Source: Phyllobates terribilis
Taxonomy: Eukaryota
Assembly: GCF_046119375.1 (NCBI RefSeq)
Contig: NW_027362765.1
Coordinates: 118,978,001-119,042,000 of the forward strand
DNA length: 64,000 bases
Direction: 5' to 3'
Below the pieces are notes generated by a model. It had not been told where the DNA came from. It was given only the letters and a program-made list of their open reading frames with translations, and searched no databases. The position numbers were made by a program, and so were the translations under genes. Below, piece after piece: positions 27,411 through 41,745 of this stretch. Within the stretch, counting starts at the first letter, position 1. Each line of letters starts with the position of its first letter.

Positions 27411-27689
27411 GTGCAATTACTGAACATACATTTCAGTAGGCCAACATTTCAGATTTTAAAATCATTTTTCAAGCTGTTGTTATAAAGTATTCTAATTTAC
27501 TGGGATAATGGCTTTTGTGTTTTCATTGGCTGTAAGCCATAATCATCAACATTAACAGAAATAAACACTTGAAATACATCACTCTGTTTGTAATGACTCT
27601 ATATAATATAGGAGTTTCACTTTTTGGATTGAAGAACTGAAATAAATTTACTTTTTGATGATATTCTAATTTAGTGAGAAGCACTTGTA

Positions 27690-30615
27690 TATATTGCCCC
27701 ACCCTCTATTACTATATATTGTGCCCCCTATATTACTGTACAATGTGAACCCCTATATTACTGTATAATGTGCCCCTATATTACTATATATTGTGCCCCC
27801 TATATTACTGTATATTGTGCCCCCTATATTATTGTATAATGTCCCCCGTGTATAATGTGCCTCCAATATTACTATATATTGTACTCCCTATATTACTGTA
27901 CAGAAGTATGCCCCCTATATTACTGTATAATGTGTCCCCATATGACTGTATATTGTGCCCCTTATATTACTGTATACTGTGCCCCACTATATTACTGTAC
28001 AGTGTGCCCCTATATTACTGTATAATGTGTTCCCTATATTACTGTATATCGCGCCTCCTATATTACTGTACAGTCAGTGTACCCCCATATTACTGTATAT
28101 TGTGCCCCCTATATTGCTGTATATTGTGCCCCCTATATTACTGTATACTGTGCCCCACTATATTACTGTACAGTGTGCCCCTATATTACTGTATAATGTG
28201 TCCCCTATATTATTGTATATCGTGCCTCCTATATTACTGTACAGTGTACCCCCATATTACTGTATATTGTGCCCCCTATATTACTGTATAATGTGCCCAT
28301 ATATTACTGTATAATGTGTCCCCTATATTATTGTATATTGTGCCTCCTATATTACTGTACAGTCAGTGTACCCCCATATTACTGTATATTGTGCCCCCTA
28401 TATTACTGTATATTGTGCCCCCTATATTACTGTAGTCAGTGTGCCCCTATATTACTGTACAATCAGTGTGCCCCCTATATTACTGTATATTGTGCCCCCT
28501 ATATTACTGTATATTGTACCCCTATATTACTGTATATTGTGCCCCCTATATTACTAAGTGTCCCCTATGTTACTCTCTATTGTGCTCTATATTACTGTAG
28601 TCAGTGTGCCCCTATATTACTGTACAATCAGTGTGCCCCCTATATTACTGTATATTGTGCCCCATATATTACTGTATATTGTGCCCGCTATATTACTGTA
28701 TAATGTGCCCCTATATCACTGTATATTGTGCCCCCTATATCACTGTGCCCCCTATATTACTGTATAGTTAATGTGCGCCCCTATATTACTGTATAATGTG
28801 TCCCCTATATTACTGTATATTATGCCCCTGTATAATGTGATCCCTATATTACTGTATATTGTGCCCTCTATATTATTGTATAGTCAGTGTGCTCCCAATA
28901 TTACTGTATAATGTGCCCCATATATTACTTTTATTGCGCTCCCTATATCACTGTATAATGTGACCTCTATATTACTGTATAATGTGCCCCCTATATTACT
29001 GTATATTGTGCCCTATCTCACTGTATATTGTGCCCCCTATATTACTGTATACTGTGTCCCCTATATCACTGTACAGTCAGTGTGCTTCCTATATAAATGT
29101 ATTTTGTGCCCCCTATATCACTGTACATTGTCTTCAATATTACTGTACAGTCAGTGTGCCCCTATATTACTGAATATTGTGCCCCTATATTACTGTATAT
29201 TGTGCCCCCTATATTGCTGTATAATGTGCCAATATCACTGTATAATGTGCCCCTATATTACTGTTTATTGTACCCCTATATTACTGTACAGTGTGCCCCC
29301 TACGTTACTGTATATTGTGCCCCTATATCACTGTAGAGCCAGTGTGCCCCTATATTACTGTATATTGTGCCCCCTATATTACTGTAGTCAGTGTGCCCTC
29401 TATATTACTGTACAGTCAGTGTGCCCCCTATATCACTGTACAGTGTGCCCTATATTATTGTATATTGTGCCCCCTATATTACTGTAGTCAGTGTGCCCCC
29501 TATATTACTTTATATTGTGCCCCCTATATTACTGTACAGTCAGTGTGCCCCTATATTACTGTATATTGTGCCCCCTATATTACTGTAGTCAGTGTGCCCC
29601 CTATATTACTGTACAGTCAGTGTGCCCCTATATTACTGTATATTGTGCCCCCTATATTACTGTACAGTCAGTGTGCCCCCTATATGACTGTATATTGTGC
29701 CCCTATATTACTGTATACTGTGCCCCCTATATTACTGTACAGTCAGTGTGCCCCTATATTACTGTATATTGTGCCCCCTATATTACTGTAGTCAGTGTGC
29801 CCCCTATATTACTGTACAGTCAGTGTGCCCCTATATTACTGTATATTGTGCCCCTATATTACTGTACAGTCAGTGTGCCCCCTATATGACTGTATATTGT
29901 GCCCCTATATTACTGTATACTGTGCCCCCTATATTACTGTAGTCAGTGTGCCCCCTATATTACTGTACAGTCAGTGTGCCCCTATATTACTGTATATTGT
30001 GCCCCTATATTACTGTACAGTCAGTGTGCTCCCTATATGACTGTATATTGTGCCCCTATATTACTGTATACTGTGCCCCCTATATTACTGTACAGTCAGT
30101 GTGCCACTATATTACTGTATATTGTGCCCCCTATATTACTGTTTATTGTGCCCATATTACTGTACAGTCAGTGTGCCCCCTATATTACTGTATATTGTGC
30201 TCCCTATATTACTGTACAGTCAGTGTGCCCCTATATTACTGTATACTGTGCCCCCTATATTACTGTACAGTCAGTGTGCCACTATATTACTGTATATTGT
30301 GCCCCCTATATTACTGTTTATTGTGCCCATATTACTGTACAGTCAGTGGGCCCCCTATATTATTTTATTGTGCCCCCTATATTACTGTACAGTCAGTGTG
30401 CCACTATATTACTGTATATTGTGCCCCCTATATTACTGTACAGTCAGTGTGCCCCTATATTACTGTTTATTGTGCCCCTATATCACTGTACAGTCAGTGT
30501 GCCCCCTATATTACTGTATATTGTGCCCCCTATATTACTGCACAGTCAGTGTGCCCCCTATATTACTGTATATTGTGCCCCTATATTACTGTACAGTCAG
30601 TGTGCCCCCTATGTG
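27690..30615. repeat. 2.9-kb CCCCTATATTACTGTA(TATTGTG/CAGTCAGTGTG) minisatellite
   Basis: Direct tandem units; ends abruptly at the GC-rich xkr7 promoter region. Confidence 0.96.
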
Positions 30616-30729
30616 CCCGGTACTGTTGTATGGGGGGCAGTGCATGGTGGATGGGGGGCACATGAGGGTCCGCCATGGCTCAGTATTGGAGCTCAGCACC
30701 GCGGACGGCAGCTCGGTCCGCAAGTTGCT

Positions 30730-30905
30730 CGGGCTGATGCGGGCACCGGGCTGGTGGGGGCTCGGGGCTGATGCGGGCACCGGGCTGGTGGGGGCTCGGG
30801 GCTGATGCGGGCACCGGGCTGGTGGGGGCTCGGGGCTGATGCGGGCACCGGGCTGGTGGGGGTTCGGGGCTGATGCGGGCACCGGGTTGGTGGGGGCTCG
30901 GGGCT
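30730..30905. repeat. 34-bp G-rich VNTR (~5 copies)
   Basis: GCTGATGCGGGCACCGGGCTGGTGGGGGCTCGGG at 30733, 30767, 30801. Confidence 0.92.
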
Positions 30906-31289
30906 GGTGGGGGCTCTGGGAGGAGGGTATTGGGGGCAGATTACAAGATGTGGGCGCTACCCCCGGATTACAAGGACGGCGGGGTTATAACTGGGTGGAG
31001 GGCTGGAAGGGGTTAATGCCGGGGGCGGGGCCACAGACAGATACATTGTGATACATTGTTGCAATTCTCGGATTCCGTGTAACGGTCATATGACAGCAGC
31101 TCCCCCGATACCGTCCCCGGCGCCCCCGGAAGAGCCCGAGCGTCCTGCCCAGGGTAGCGATGGCTGCCGGCGCCTGTGCCCGGTTGGTGCCCGGTTGTGA
31201 TGCCCTCTTCTCCGGTGGATGGATGTGTCGCCCTCCGGTAGAGGTGTAGTCAGCCCCGGGTGTGTCCCCGGAAGTCGGCTCCTCCCATC

Positions 31290-31627
31290 ATGGCGGCAGA
31301 GTCGGACGGTACCCGGGTGGCTCCCCGGTGCCCCCGTTACTCTCTCCGGGACGGCCTGTGGGTGGTGGCCGCGCTGCTCGTCTTCTTCTCGGACGGAGCG
31401 TCGGACCTGTGGCTGGCGGCGGATTACCTGCAGCGGCACCGGCTCAGCTGCTTCTGGCCCACGGTGCTGCTGGTGCTGCTGCCCTCCCTGCTCACCCAGA
31501 GCCTGAGCTTCAGCTGGGCGGTCACCGACAGGGGCTCCTCACCGGCCGCCACCCGCCCCTGCTGCCGCCTCTGCGCCTGGTTCGTGCAGGGCTCCATCCA
31601 CCTGCTGCAGCTCGGACAGGTGTGGAG
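31290..31627 (+). CDS. xkr7: XK-related protein 7, coding exon 1
   Basis: MAAESDG...[17 protein letters not shown]...[10 protein letters not shown] matches the XKR7 N-terminus as recalled; good Kozak context ATCATGG; donor GTGAGA at 31628. Confidence 0.93.
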
Positions 31628-31644
31628 GTGAGAGGGTTAAACTG

Positions 31645-32640
31645 GGCATCACGGGTCATACTGGATATCACTTGTCATACTGGATATCACTTGTCATACT
31701 TGGGTCATCACGGGTCATACTGGATATCACTTGTCATACTGAGGTGATCACTTGTCAAACTGGGGTCATCACGGGTCATACTGGGGTCATCACTGGTCAC
31801 ACTGGATATCACTTGTCATACTGGGGTCATCACGGGTCATACTGGGGTCATCACTGGTCACACTGGATATCACTTGTCATACTGGGGTCATCACGGGTCA
31901 TACTGGGGTCATCACGGGTCACACTGGATATCACTTGTCATACTGGATATCACTTGTCATACTGGGGTCATCACTTGTCATACTGGGGTCATCACTCGTC
32001 ATACTGGATATCACTGGTCACACTTGGGTCATCACTGGTCACACTGGGTTCATCACTGATCACATTGGAGGATATACTGGGGGAATTACTGGTCACACTG
32101 GGTATAAGAGATCACTCTGGCCATCACTGGGGTTGTCACTGGTCTCACTGGATATCAGTGGTCGTACTGGTCATTAGCATCTCTGCTCATACTGGGTATA
32201 AGAGATAACACTGGGCATCACTGGTCATACTGGTTGCAGCAGCTCACTTTGGGCGTCATTAGTTATACTGGGTGCAAAAGATTATGTTGGGCATCACTGG
32301 TCAAACTTGGTCCAACAGATCACACTGGGCATCACTGGTTATACTGGTTGCAAGAGATCTCACAGACTATACAAGTGATCACCCTATGTGTTGCATATTG
32401 GGTGCAGCAGATCCCACTGGTCATACTGGGTAAACCAGATCCTATTGGGGAGCACTGGTCATTACTTGAGTCGTCCCCTTGGGTATCACTGGTTACAGTC
32501 AGAATCATTGGTTATACTGGGTACAGATTACACCTGGGATGACCTGTCACTAGTGGGTGCAAGTATTACTGGTTACACTGGGCAGCACTGGCCACATACT
32601 GGTTATACTGGGCACTGACGCTGGTCTCTTACACTGGTGG
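31645..32640. repeat. 19-21-bp intronic tandem repeat, decaying toward 3'
   Basis: ATACTGGATATCACTTGTC / ATACTGGGGTCATCACGGGTC units. Confidence 0.85.
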
Positions 32641-35600
32641 TTACTGGTGACTTCTCTGATTGCAACATCTCCATTATTATTGGGTTCATTATATTTTTAC
32701 TGAAACCGCAGAAGATGAGAGTAATAATGATTTCTGGTTGCTATGGATGATGGAATATTCACAATCCTCCATATGCTGCTACAACACACAACCCACTCTG
32801 CTACATCACCATCTGGTGCAATATACAGGTCACTGTACTATCAGTATATACCACATGTAATATGCAGTAACTGTACTATTAGTATATATCACATGTAATA
32901 TATCCAGACACTGTACTATTAGTATATATCTCATGTAATATACAGTCACTGTGTATTATTAGTATATATCACATCACATGTAATATAGTCACTGTGTATT
33001 ATTTGTATATATCACATGTAATATACAGTCACTGTGTACTATTAGTATATATCACATGTAATATACAGTCACTGTGTACTATTAGTATTCAACACATCTA
33101 ATATACAGACACTGTACTATTAGTATATAACATGTAATATACAGTCACTGTGTACTATTAGTATACTGTATAACACATGTAATATTCAGACACTGTACTA
33201 TTAGTTTATATCACATGTAATATACAGTCACTGTGTACTTTTAGTATATATCACATGTAATATATCCAGACACTGTACTATTAGTATATATCACATGTAA
33301 TATACAGTCACTGTGTACTATTAGTATATAACACATGTAATATACAGTCACTGTACTATTAGTTTATATCACATGTAATATACAGTCACTGTGTACTTTT
33401 AGTATATATCACATGTAATATACAGTCACTGTACTATTAGTATATATTACATGTAATATACTGATCACTGTGTACTATTAGTATATATCACATGTAATAT
33501 ACAGTCACTGTGTACTATTAGTATATATTACATGTAATATACAGTCACTGTGTATTATTAGTATATACCACATGTAATATACTGGTCACTGTACTATTAG
33601 TATATATCACATGTAATATACAGTCACTGTGTACTATTAGTATATATCACATGTAATATACTGGTCACTGTACTATTAGTATATATCACATGTAATATAC
33701 AGTCACTGTGTACTATTAGTATATTTGACATGTAATATACAGTCACTGTGTACTCTTAGTATATATTACATGTAATATACAGTCACTGTGTATTATTAGT
33801 ATATATCACATCACATGTAATATAGTCACTGTGTATTATTTGTATATATCACATGTAATATACAGTCACTGTGTACTATTAGTATATATTACATGTAATA
33901 TACAGTCACTGTGTACTATTAGTATTCAACACATCTAATATACAGACACTGTACTATTAGTATATATTACATGTAATATACAGTCACTGTGTACTATTAG
34001 TATGTATCACATGTAATATACAGTCACTGTGTACTATTAGTTTATATCACATGTAATATACAGTCACTGTGTACTTTTAGTATATATCACATGTAATATA
34101 TCCAGACACTGTACTAGTAGTATATATCACATGTAATATACAGTCACTGTGTACTATTAGTATATATCACATGTAATATACAGTCACTGTGTGCTATTAG
34201 TATATATCACATGTAATATACAGTCACTGTGTACTATTAGTATTCAACACATCTAATATACAGACACTGTACTATTAGTATATATTACATGTAATATACA
34301 GTCACTGTGTACTATTAGTATGTATCACATGTAATATACAGTCACTGTGTACTATTAGTATATAACACATGTAATATTCAGTCACTGTACTATTAGTTTA
34401 TATCACATGTAATATACAGTCACTGTGTACTTTTAGTATATATCACATGTAATATATCCAGACACTGTACTATTAGTATATATCACATGTAATATACAGT
34501 CACTGTGTACTATTAGTATATAACACATGTAATATACAGTCACTGTACTATTAGTATATATCACATGTAATATACAGTCACTGTGTACTATTAGTATATA
34601 ACACATGTAATATACAGTCACTGTACTATTAGTTTATATCACCTGTAATATACAGTCACTGTGTACTATTAGTATATATCACATGTAATATATTGGTCAC
34701 TGTGTACTATTAGTTTATACCACATGTAATATACAGTCACTGTGTACTATTAGTAGATATCACCTGTAATATACAGTCACTGTGTACTATTAGTATATAT
34801 CACATGTAATATACAGTCACTGTGTACTATTAGTATATACCACATGTAATATACAGTCACTGTGTACTATTAGTATATATCACATGTAATATACAGTCAC
34901 TCTGTACTATTAGTATATATTACATGTAATATACCGTCACTGTGTACTATTAGTATATACCATATGTAATATACAGGTCACTGTGTACTATTAGTATATA
35001 CCATATTACATATGGTATATATACTGTGTACTATTAGTATATACCACATGTAATATACAGTCACTGTGTACTATTAGTTTATATCACATGTAATATACTG
35101 TTCACTGTGCACTGTTAGTATATATTACATGTAATATACAGTCATTGTGTACTGTTAGTATATATTACATGTAATATACAGTCACTGTACTATTAGTATA
35201 TATCACATGTAATATACAGTCACTGTGTACTATTAGTATATATTACATGTAATATACAATCACTGTATTATTAGTATATATCACATGTAATATATTGGTC
35301 ACTGTGTATTATTAGTATATACCACATGTAATATACAGTCACTGTGTACTATTAGTATATATTACATGTAATATACCGGTACTGTGTACTATTAGTATAT
35401 ATTACATGTAATATATAGTCACTCTGTACTATTAGTATATATTACATGTAATATACAGGTCACTGTGCACTATTAGTATATACCACATGTAATATGGTAT
35501 ATATACTGTGTACTATTAGTATATATCACATGTAATATACAGTCACTGTGTACTATTAGTTTATATCACATGTAATATACTGGTCACTGTGTATTGTTAG

Positions 35601-37074
35601 TATATATTACATGTAATATACAGTCATTGTGTACTGTTAGTATATATTAGATGCAATATACAGTCACTGTGTACTATTAGTATATATCACATGTAATATA
35701 CAGTCACTGTGTACTATTAGTATATATTACATGTAATATATAGTCACTCTGTACTATTAGTATATATTACATGTAATATACAGGTCACTGTGCACTATTA
35801 GTATATACCACATGTAATATGGTATATATACTGTGTACTATTAGTATATATCACATGTAATATACAGTCACTGTGTACTATTAGTTTATATCACATGTAA
35901 TATACTGGTCACTGTGTATTGTTAGTATATATTACATGTAATATACAGTCATTGTGTACTGTTAGTATATATTAGATGCAATATACAGTCACTGTGTACT
36001 ATTAGTATATATTACATGTAATATACAGTCACTGTGTACTATTAGTATATATTACATGTAATATACAGTCACTGTGTACTATTAGTATATATTACATGTA
36101 ATATACAATCATTGTGTATTATTAGTATATATCACATGTAATATATTGGTCACTGTGTATTATTAGTATATATCACATGTAATATACAGTCACTGTGTAC
36201 TATTAGTAGATAAAACCTGTAATATACAGTCACTGTGTACTATTAGTATATACCACATGTAATATACAGTCATTGTGTATTATTAGTATATATCACATGT
36301 AATATGCAGTCACTGTGTACTATTAGTAGATAAAACCTGTAATATACAGTCACTGTGTACTATTAGTATATACCACATGTAATATACAGTCACTGTGTAT
36401 TATTAGTATATATCACATGTAATATACTGTCACTGTGTACTATTAGTAGATAAAACCTGTAATATACAGTCACTGTGTACTATTAGTATATGCCACATGT
36501 AATATACAGTCACTGTATTATTAGTATATATCACATGTAATATACAGTCACTGTGTACTATTAGTATATGCCACATGTAATATACAGTCACTGTATTATT
36601 AGTATATATCACATGTAATATACAGTCACTGTGTACTATTAGTAGATAAAACCTGTAATAGACAGTCACTGTGTACTATTAGTATATACCACATGTAATA
36701 TAGTCACTGTGAATTATTAGTATATATCACATGTAATATACTGTCACTGTATACTATTAGTAGATAAAACCTGTAATAGACAGTCACTGTGTACTATTAG
36801 TATATACCACATGTAATATACAGACACTGTACTATTAGTATATACAGTGGGTACGGAAAGTATTCAGACCCCGTTAAATGTTTCACTCTTTGTTTCATTG
36901 CAGCCATTTGGTAAATTCTAAAAAGTTCATTTTTTCTCATTAAAGTACACTCTGTACCCCATCTTGACTGAAGAAAAAGAAATGTAGACATTTTTGCAAA
37001 TTTATTAAAAAAGAAAAACTGAAATATCACATGGTCATAAGTATTCAGACCCTTTGCTTATACACTCATATTTA

Positions 37075-37728
37075 CAGTATTTTTCGGACTATAAGACGCA
37101 TCGGACAATAAGACGCACACCGGTTTCAGAGGTGGAAATATGGAGAAAAAAAGCTCCTATGGCATGCTGGGAGTTATAGTTCCCCACATTTATGTGTATG
37201 CCCTGAGAACTTTACCTCCCAGCATGTCCTTCAGCTATTATGCCATGCTGGGAGTTATAGTTCACCACAGGAGTGGTACAGTGTTTAATGACATGTGCTT
37301 TTTCACTTTATACTTTACTTCTACCTTATAATGCTTGCCTCTCATTCTGGATAGGCAGGGAGTGGGGTCACACTGGCTGGGGGCTGTGGCTGCAGAGGAG
37401 GCTGTGGCTGTGGAGGGGACTGTGACTGCGGAGAGGGCTGTGGTAGCTGGGGCAGCGATGGAGCGGTGTTACCCAGTGGGCGCCGCCATGAATTCACTAT
37501 GGCCACGCGAGACATCAGGAGGTGGGTGGTCTCCCATCCACAGAACAGCACAGCACGCAGTCATCCCCAGCCCTGCCTCTTAATAACGTCACTGTAGCGT
37601 GCGATCTGGTTAGGAGACCGCCCACCTCCGCTGCCACAGCCCCAGCCGCCCCCCACATCACAAAAACGGTACATTCGGACCATAAGACGCACCCTCCTTT
37701 TCCCTCAAAATTTCTCATGGTCCGAAAA
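37075..37728. mobile_element. pogo/Tc1-mariner-type MITE, right end truncated
   Basis: TA|CAGTATTTTTCGGACTATAAGACGCA; the ATAAGACGCA motif recurs at 37682; Tc1 sequence resumes at GATCCTCCTTGAG. Confidence 0.55.
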
Positions 37729-37870
37729 GTGATCCTCCTTGAGATGGTTCTACTCCTTCATTGGAGTCCAGCTGTGTTTAATTAAACTGATAGGACTTGA
37801 TTTGGAAAAGCACACACCTGTCTATATAAGACCTCACAGCTCATAGTGCATGTCAGACCAAATGAGAATC

Positions 37871-39052
37871 ATGAGCTCAAAGGAACTGCCCAAGGAGCTC
37901 AGAGACAGAATTGTGGCAAGGCACAGATCTGGCCAATGTTATAAAAGAATTTCTGCATTACTCAAGGTTCCTAAGAGAACAGTGGCCTCCATAATCCTTA
38001 AATGGAAAAAGTTTGGGACCACTAGAAGTCTTCCTAGACGTGGCCGTCCAACCAAACTGAGCAATTGTGGGAGAAGAGTCTTGGTGAGAGAAGTAAAGAA
38101 GAACCCTAAGATCACTGTGGCTGAGCTCCAGAGATGCAGTAGGGAGATGGGAGAAAGTTCCACAAAGTCAACTATCGCTGCAGCCCTCCACCAGTCTGGC
38201 CTTTATGGCAGAGTGGCCCGACGGAAGCCTCTCCTCAGTGCAAGACATATGAAAGCCCGCATAGAGTTTGCTCAAAAACACATGAAGGACTCCCAGACTA
38301 TGAGAAATAAGATTCTCTCGTAGATTGTGAGCCCTCGCGGGCAGGGTCCTCGCACCTCCTGTACCAGTCGCTGTCACATTGTGTTCAAGATTATTGTAAT
38401 TGTTCTTGTATTATACCCCTTTTTTCACATGTAAAGCGCCATGGAATAAATGGCGCTATAATAATAAATAATAATAATAATTCTCTGGTCTGATGAGACG
38501 AAGATAGAACTTTTTGGTGATAATTCTAAGCGGTATGTGTGGAGAAAACCAGGCACTGCTCATCACCTGCTCAATACAATCCCAACAGTGAAACATGGTG
38601 GTGGCAGCATCATGCTATGGGGGTGTTTTTCAGCTGTAGGGACATGACGACTGGTTGCAATTGAAGGAAACATGAATGCGGCCAAGTATAGAGATATCCT
38701 GGATGAAAACCTCTTCCAGAGTGCTCTGCACCTCAGACTTGGCCGAAGGTTCACCTTCCAACAAGACAATGACCCTAAGCACACAGCTAAAATAAAGGAG
38801 TGGCTTCATAACTCTGTGACCATTCTTGACTGGCCCAGCCAGAGCCCTGACCTAAACCCAATTGAGCATCTCTGGAGAGACCTGAAAATGGCTGTCCATC
38901 AACGTTCACCATCCAACCTGACTGAACTGGAGAGGATCTGCAAGGAAGAATGGCAGAGGATCCTTAAATCCAGCTGTGAAAAACTTGTTGCATCATTCCC
39001 AAGAAGACTCATGGCTGTACTAGCTCAAAAGGGTGCTTCTACTCAATACTGA
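37871..39052 (+). pseudogene. Tc1 transposase (MSSKELPKELRDRIV...), interrupted
   Basis: ORFs 37850-38323 and 38672-39052 ([20 protein letters not shown]); insertion between NKIL and WSDE. Confidence 0.9.
38319..38479 (+). mobile_element. 5'-truncated L2-type 3' end with (TAA)n tail
   Basis: GTAAAGCGCCATGGAATAAATGGCGCTATAATAATAAATAATAAT; TSD ATTCTCT at 38312-38318 and 38480-38486. Confidence 0.8.
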
Positions 39053-39303
39053 GCAAAGGGTCTGAATACTTATGACCATGTGATATTTCAGTTTTTCTTT
39101 TTTAATTTGCAAAAATTTCTACATTTCTGTTTTTTTTTTTTCAGTCAAGATGGGGTGCAGAGTGTACTTTAATGAGAAAAAAAATGAACTTTTTAGAATT
39201 TACCAAATGGCTGCAATGAAACAAAGAGTGAAACATTTAAAGGGGTCTGAATACTTTCTGTACCCACTGTATCACATGTAATATACAGTTTCTGTGTTAT
39301 TAG

Positions 39304-39651
<348 letters not shown>

Positions 39652-41745
39652 TGACTTATGTACTTATCCGTCTGCTGGGCATGATGAGCCCTGCAGTTCT
39701 CTTTTAGCATTTAAGTTGGAATTTCCCCCAGAAGAACCTGACTCTGTGAATGTGCTGCGCATTCAGATATGGGCGATGGCAGCGGTAGACGGGCGCTGAT
39801 CTCTTACATAACTGACCTTTTATTGTCTGGGAATCAATAATTTACTGCAGTCAGTTGGAGGTGCTGCCATGGAGGTGGCGGTGAGAGGAGCGAGGCTCTC
39901 TCTTCTCAGGAAGTCCTGCGTCGCACGCTGACCCCTCCTCACTGTGACCTATTTGTTCTCCATGGGTCGTCTCTTGGTTGTGATATTTTGTTACTTGTAT
40001 ATATGTGGAATTAATAAACGATGGATGAAAGATTGATCACTGACTTACAATATATGGCCAACAGTATGTGACCTCTAACATCACTGTATGGGCTTAAATT
40101 ATGAAGACTAGCGTCAACAGATTATTGTTCCTCCACCTCTGGACTCTATAGTTGGCCTCACACATTGGGGTAGTAGGTGTCCTTCAGACATTTCCCAAAA
40201 TCAGATTCCTCCACCAGACTATTACATGGTGAAATTTAATTCATGACCCCAGTGAATGTATTACACTTTCCAAAGACCATTTGTGGTGGCTTTACATTTT
40301 CCCAGCTGATACCTGGCATTGAGCACTCAAGCCTTTGTTCAAATGCTCTGACGAAGAAACCCCAATCTATAAAGCTCTCGATGAACAGTCCTTGCGCTGG
40401 CATTTCTTCCAGATGTTCAGGACCCTACAGTAAATTCTGCAACTAAAGGCAGGCAATATTTAGGCTACATTCACACATCCAAGTGACGTGTCCTAGTGCT
40501 GTTGTTTTTTTTCTCGGACACCACATGGATCCATTGAGTTCCATTGATCCAAACACACAGTTGTTTTAAAAAAAGGTCTGTGTCTGTGAGGGGTTGTCCA
40601 CTTATTAGACAAGTCCTTTTTAAATAAAGTTGACCCCCTTAAAAAATAAAAATAAAAGATTCTCACTTACCGTACCGTTGCTGTTGCAGCTATGGCGGCC
40701 TGGTCTCTCGAGACTCACTTGACAGTGCTATGCCACGTGAGCTCTTCAGCCAATCAACAGCCGCTGTTGCGCTCTGACTACTTCTCCGCTGTTGCGCTCT
40801 CACTACTTCTGTTTGTCCGATGTTCGGACAAAGGAAGGGAACGCTCAGCAGCCTAATACCAGACGATGATTGTCTACAGGGCTCGCGTGAGACCCGGGAG
40901 ACTCGGTGCCGGTACGGGAGGTGAGTATCTCTTATTATTTAATTTTAATTTGCACTGCAGTTTTGCATCCAAGTTTCATCCATTTTTAACTCGTACTTTG
41001 CTAAGAGTCAATGGATAAAAAAGTTCAGGCAGCATAACTGCTTCAGTGAAAATGAAGGGATGAGGAAAAAAAGGATGCAAATAGGATGACAACTGAAAAA
41101 AAAGAATTACATTTCTCTTGGATGGTTGACATTGACACAGATGTGCGAATATAGGTTTGCTTTGTAAGCGATTGTCACATCCTCAATGATCATAAATTTG
41201 AGATATTCATTATAACCAATTTTAATGTTAATATATGAAGATTTTATGGTCCTATTCTAAATTTATTTACATATTCTCAATGCATGTAACCTAAATGGCT
41301 AACCATATTGGTTACAAGACAGGATCACATATTTTTGACAGTGGGTTTTAGAACTTTAAGATAAGCTTTTCTCTTAAAAAAATGCTACATTTCCCTGGCA
41401 CTGAGCACCTGCAGGGTGGTTGGGGCCATATGTTTGATTGGAACCATCTGCATAGAACTTGTATGTTCTCCACGTGTTCACATATTCTTACTCCTACAGT
41501 CTGAAAGCTGCCTGATTACCCAGAAATGGGAAAGAGAGAGAGCGATGGCTAGTAGAGTAAGTCACTTCTCACTTTCAGGGTTCTTGAAAAGTTTATTGGC
41601 GACTTCTTGGTTGTCATCCATCCTTCCCAAAAGTTTGTTGGCTTACATTTGTATTATGGACAATGGTGGTGTTCCTCTATATTTTGATGATTTCTTCTTT
41701 TCTCATTCCTTTCTGTTATTTCCCATTGTGTCTCTCTTTTCTCAG

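Larger units (their letters stand above)
24963..27687 (+). mobile_element. Tc1 transposon with long TIRs, left TIR interrupted by a solo LTR
   Basis: TA|CAAGTGCTTCTCACTAAATT ... AATTTAGTGAGAAGCACTTG|TA; inserted in the minisatellite. Confidence 0.93.
30620..31630 (+). promoter_or_regulatory. CpG island / probable xkr7 promoter
   Basis: Abrupt switch to high GC and CpG density; GC box GGGGGCGGGG at 31021-31030; covers exon 1. Confidence 0.7.
36845..39269 (+). mobile_element. Tc1 transposon (IR/DR type) carrying two secondary insertions
   Basis: TA|CAGTGGGTACGGAAAGTATTCAGACCCC ... GGGGTCTGAATACTTTCTGTACCCACTG|TA. Confidence 0.93.

Noticed and set aside
27770-30805. Many Cys/Tyr/Pro-rich ORFs (also at 11.4-13.3 and 15.3-16.3 kb)
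   Set aside because: They are open in all frames because the minisatellite is stop-poor
1-31000. pdrg1 exons, expected upstream of xkr7 from human synteny
   Set aside because: No matching peptide recognised in the ORF track or in the unique stretches I translated
38489-38510. CTGATGA hammerhead-like core
   Set aside because: This is the Tc1 WSDE coding sequence; no GAAA or stems in register
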